From NCBI GenBank assembly GCA_038087875.1, contig CM075978.1:166222001-166286000 (forward strand): a DNA stretch of 64,000 nt, read 5' to 3'. Position 1 is the stretch's first letter; each line of letters starts with the position of its first letter. Made by a program: the position numbers and the translations under genes. Shown piece after piece: positions 60,071 through 64,000 of the stretch. The stretch is from Malacoraja senta (lineage: Eukaryota). The notes beneath the pieces were generated by a model. That model saw only the letters and a list, made by a program, of their open reading frames with translations, did not search any database and had not been told where the DNA came from.

Positions 60071-61726
60071 TCCATTATCTTAAAAATAAAATGAAAGAAG
60101 AAATGAAGGCACAAACATCTAAAGAATATATTAATATTAACCTTGAGCTTGTGCATTAGGATTTCAGATACGATGTCTGCAATGATTATCTGCTGACCTA
60201 CAGTGAAGTAGGGGTGGAATAATCCAGTACTACATTGCAAAGTGCATCGTGAGGAGCTACCCATTCCCACTGCACCGTCAAGATGGATAACATTATATTG
60301 CACCGTTGTTTTTATTAGTCTTTTTGAAATATTAACTTTTAAGAGGATATATTGTGTAAGGTTACATTCTTATGAGAGGGAAGTGGAAATCAATGTTCCT
60401 TACTTTACTTGTGTAGGGGTAAGGTACTTATTCGTTTTAAGACAGCCTTGCTTAGATATCATCTTCAATCACAAATCTATGGATCTTCTGCAAATCTTTC
60501 TGAATCATTGTATGTACAAATTGCTTTGCAGCAACAGATGATGGAGCTCACCATATGTAAGGCATATTCAGCGTAATGGAGTGTACTGAATTGAATTGCC
60601 TTTTAATGAGCTTCACAGTTATGAGAGTATGATTCTTACCTTCCAACAGGAGGGTAAAACATTCCAGTAAAGCGACTGCAGTCTAGCATTTTGTATGTTT
60701 ATGTTCTGACTGCTGATATTTTTAATTGTACAATTTATCTCCTCTGTGATCAACTTACGTTGACCCTGTTTCCTAGCAGGTTGCTGGATCCCGTGAAGAA
60801 GCAAGGAATCTTCAATAAATTAGGTGATTCAACTTATGGTTTTCATGAAGACAGACGTGCAAAGTTAGGCGGCAGCAATTCACAAACAATGGCAGCTGAC
60901 TTTCTTCCTGAAGAGGATGTATACAATTGCAAGGAAGATTTAATTTGCCGACAGGTGATCTGTATTCCAACATACACCAGGATTAATCATTTTCCTTCAC
61001 GGTTTAAAGTATTTCATAATAGAACTGAAGACCATAGTCACACCAACCTAAATTATAATGGATTGTCCATCTGTTTATTATTCCCACTAGGGGAATTAAA
61101 TATTCATTGACAAGCACAGACAGTGCATATTGTCTGCACTTGGTTGTAAAATGCCTTTAATCAGCTGAGAAAACCCATGCAATGATTTTTTGTATTGCTC
61201 TCAAACTAGAAATAACAAGCAAGTTCTCATGACTTTATTATCTAGTAATGCTTTCTTTTCAACTGCTGTGCAATAATATAAATTAATACACAGTTAATGG
61301 GAAATATTAATTCAAAGGCCAAAAGCATGCACATACAAATGTGTTCACCATGTATTTCTAGCTGACTGTGGGATGAGGTTTCATGACAGTACACGTGAGT
61401 TGGTTCATGGGATGTTACCTGGGAAGGTGTAAAGATGTGCAGACCTTTAATTCTGGGTCCTTTACCCACTTTTGTATAAAGGGCATATATCTTACTGCTA
61501 CCTATAACAAGCATAAGCTTTATTATCATATCTCACCATTAAAGGTGAACTATACTCTCATCACTTTGTGACCTCCAACCTAGGAATACACTACTTCAAT
61601 ATCTTGAGTACATCCAGGATTACTAATTACCAAGGAATCAAGTGTTTAAATACATTAAAAAATAGTAATTGCACAATCCTAAAATTACTTCTGACCCAGT
61701 TTCTTATTTTTTGTTCTTCTGGTACT

Positions 61727-62033
61727 TTAGTTTAGTTTGGTTTAGAGATGCAGCACGGAAACAGGCCCTTTGGCCCACCGAGTCCGCACCGACCAGCAAT
61801 CCCCACACACATTAACACTATCCTACACACACCAGGGACAATTTACACATACACTAAGCCAATTCACCTACATACCTGTACGTCTTTGGAGTGTGGGAGA
61901 AAACCGAAGATCTCGGAGCAAACCGACGGGGAGAACGGACAAACTCCATACAAACAACACCCTTAGATGGGATCGAACCCATGTATCTGGCGCTGTAAGG
62001 CAGCAACTCTACCGCTGCGCCACCGTGACGCCC
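61727..62033 (-). mobile_element. HE1-type SINE, full length
   Basis: Minus-strand head 'gggcgtcacggtggcgcagcggtagagttgctgccttacagcgcc', B-box 'gggttcgatcc', tail. Confidence 0.9.
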
Positions 62034-62761
62034 TCCTTGTCTCACTATTTTCCGCTTTGCTCCTCAGCATCATTGTTAGATTTTCCTAATCCAATCCTCC
62101 TGTCTGCACAGGGAACTAAGGAAGGAGATTAGAATGGAGGTAGATTAGGCTCCTCATGAAATGTACTGCCTTATTCTCCAAGCACCAGTGTACTGATGTT
62201 CGGAAACAAAGACGGCGGACTTCTTTTGTCAGGGGATTCATTCATGTGTCAACGAGCACCCGATCTAAAAACAAGTAACTAATAACTTTACAAATAATTG
62301 TTGACTAAAATGGGCAGCATCCCTGAAAACAGCTCCTGGTAAGATCATGGCTGACACCAAAATGCTTCAATATCAATGAATTTATTGAACCACTACAAAA
62401 TATTATTTTTCATCACAATTTTTCTACACAAATAAAATAAAATAGTAAGAACTCCCATTCTTTCTCTTAGTAAGGTTCATTACTCTGCTCAAAGATGAAA
62501 CGAAAGATAATGCATTTGGGGAAAATTCCAAGATCAATAATTAGAAGCAAAACCAAATAGAAGTAACATCACTGCCAAAGTGCTGAGCAATGTTGCTTCC
62601 CCACCAATAATGTCCTGAAGGTCTTCATTAACCAGAGACCTAACTGGATCAACCAGATGAATATAGTGACTTCAAACAATTGGATATTGTGCAGTAAGTG
62701 ACACTACCTTCTCCATCACTTACAAAGCACAAGTCAAGGATAGAGTAGAATATATTCAAAC

Positions 62762-62920
62762 CTGTAGGAAGGAACTGCAGATGTCGGTTAAAATGCTGGA
62801 GTAACTCAGCATTTCTGGAGAGAAGGAATGGGTGATGTTTCAGGTCGAGACCCTTCTTCAGACTGAGAGTCAGGGGAGGGGAGAGACTAGATATATGGTA
62901 GGGGTATGGTAGAGATATAG
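62762..62920 (-). repeat. Penelope 3' repeat fragment
   Basis: 'gtaggaaggaactgcagatg..gtttcaggtcgagacccttcttcagactgag'. Confidence 0.8.
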
Positions 62921-63249
62921 TAGAGATAGTCAAACCTGCCTGGATAACACTCAAGGGACTAAATAGCTCACAAAATAGCCCACTTGATGAGTATCCCATG
63001 CATCATCTTTTTACTCTTGCATATCGTGGCTTCAGTTTGTCCATCAACAAGTTGAACTGAAATGATTTACCAGCAGATTGCTGACATATCTCACTATCCA
63101 CACCAGTTGTCACTTAGGAAAGGGAAAGCACTTGCAATTTTCTTTGTAAGTCATATATATTTGAAAATATATGGCTATTCCTTAATGTTTTATCTGTGGA
63201 AACATTTTGCAACCCACATTGGGAGTGCTACCACCATAGGAACTGTAGC

Positions 63250-63565
63250 AGTTTAGTTTTTTTTAGGTTAGTTTAGTTTAGAGAAACAGCGTGGAAACAG
63301 GCTCTTCGGCCCAACGAGTCCTTGCCAACCAGAGATTACACATACACTAGTTCTATCCTACACACTAGGGACAATTCACAGCTGCCAATTAACTTACAAG
63401 CCTGCACATCTTTGGATTATGAGAGGAAACTGGAGCACCCGAAGAAAGCCCACAAGGTCAGGGGGAGAACGTGTAAACTGCATACAGACAGCACCCATAG
63501 TCAGGACCGAACCCAGTTCCCTGGCGCTGCAAGGAAACAACTTCACCGCTGTGCCTCCGTACCGC
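63250..63565 (-). mobile_element. HE1-type SINE
   Basis: (TTTAG)n tail, V-domain and head on the minus strand. Confidence 0.85.
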
Positions 63566-64000
63566 TCCCTCATCGCGCTTTTGACGTGGACAATAAAAAG
63601 TGGCCTTATTGGTGATGACCAAATCCTGCTTATGATAAAAGAACTGAATAGGAAGTGAGATTTATTTAATCAGATCCTCAGTTACAAATGGAATATCCAT
63701 CACCAGACACCCCCAAAAATCTGCATGCACCTAATTCTGGTCCCCTTCCAAAATACTCTGTAGCAGAACTAAGGACACCAGAGTGCTCGGTTGTTCCAAT
63801 GAAATTTGAGCATTGGACAGAAATGGAAGCCCAAAACTTTAAAGCAACATTTTGATGTTTAAATGAGTCGGCATTTGGTGGATTGTCGACATTATTCAAC
63901 CCAAACCCATACATCTCATCATGTTATATACACAAGAAACCAAGAGTACATTTTTGTTTGCCCAATTTCATGACTTATCTTAGTCTTATCAGCATCTGAA

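Noticed and set aside
63674-63856. Short frame after an acceptor-like site (..MEYPSPDTPKNLHAP..)
   Set aside because: About 60 codons with no recognisable domain; unsupported.

Overview
This is vertebrate genomic DNA, most likely from a cartilaginous fish (skate or ray). The inference rests on about 15 HE1-type tRNA/V-SINEs, abundant HER1/CR1 LINE tails and elasmobranch-type Penelope 3' repeats. I found no convincing host protein-coding gene, rRNA, tRNA gene or CRISPR array, and every long ORF is transposon-derived. The window looks like a repeat-dense intron or gene desert with several multi-layer transposon nests. (1) A Rex1 contains an L2, which contains an L1, with readable target-site duplications (14148-18265). 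(2) A nest of PIF/Harbinger MITEs contains an L1 with a 15-bp TSD (22344-26623). (3) An internally deleted L1 with a 14-bp TSD (36002-40804) carries a non-autonomous Helitron, which appears to have captured a Harbinger-like GCGTACGCA array. (4) A DIRS tyrosine-recombinase retrotransposon has ITR/ICR structure and spans a 200-N gap (42130-45395). (5) A Penelope nest contains a young CR1 of invertebrate-like type (55638-57435). Many Penelope-derived foldbacks carry minimal hammerhead-ribozyme cores. Repeat-free AT-rich islands with Pbx-Hox/Meis/TCF motifs are candidate enhancers. All family assignments come from motif recognition, not database searches, and fragment boundaries without a TSD are approximate.
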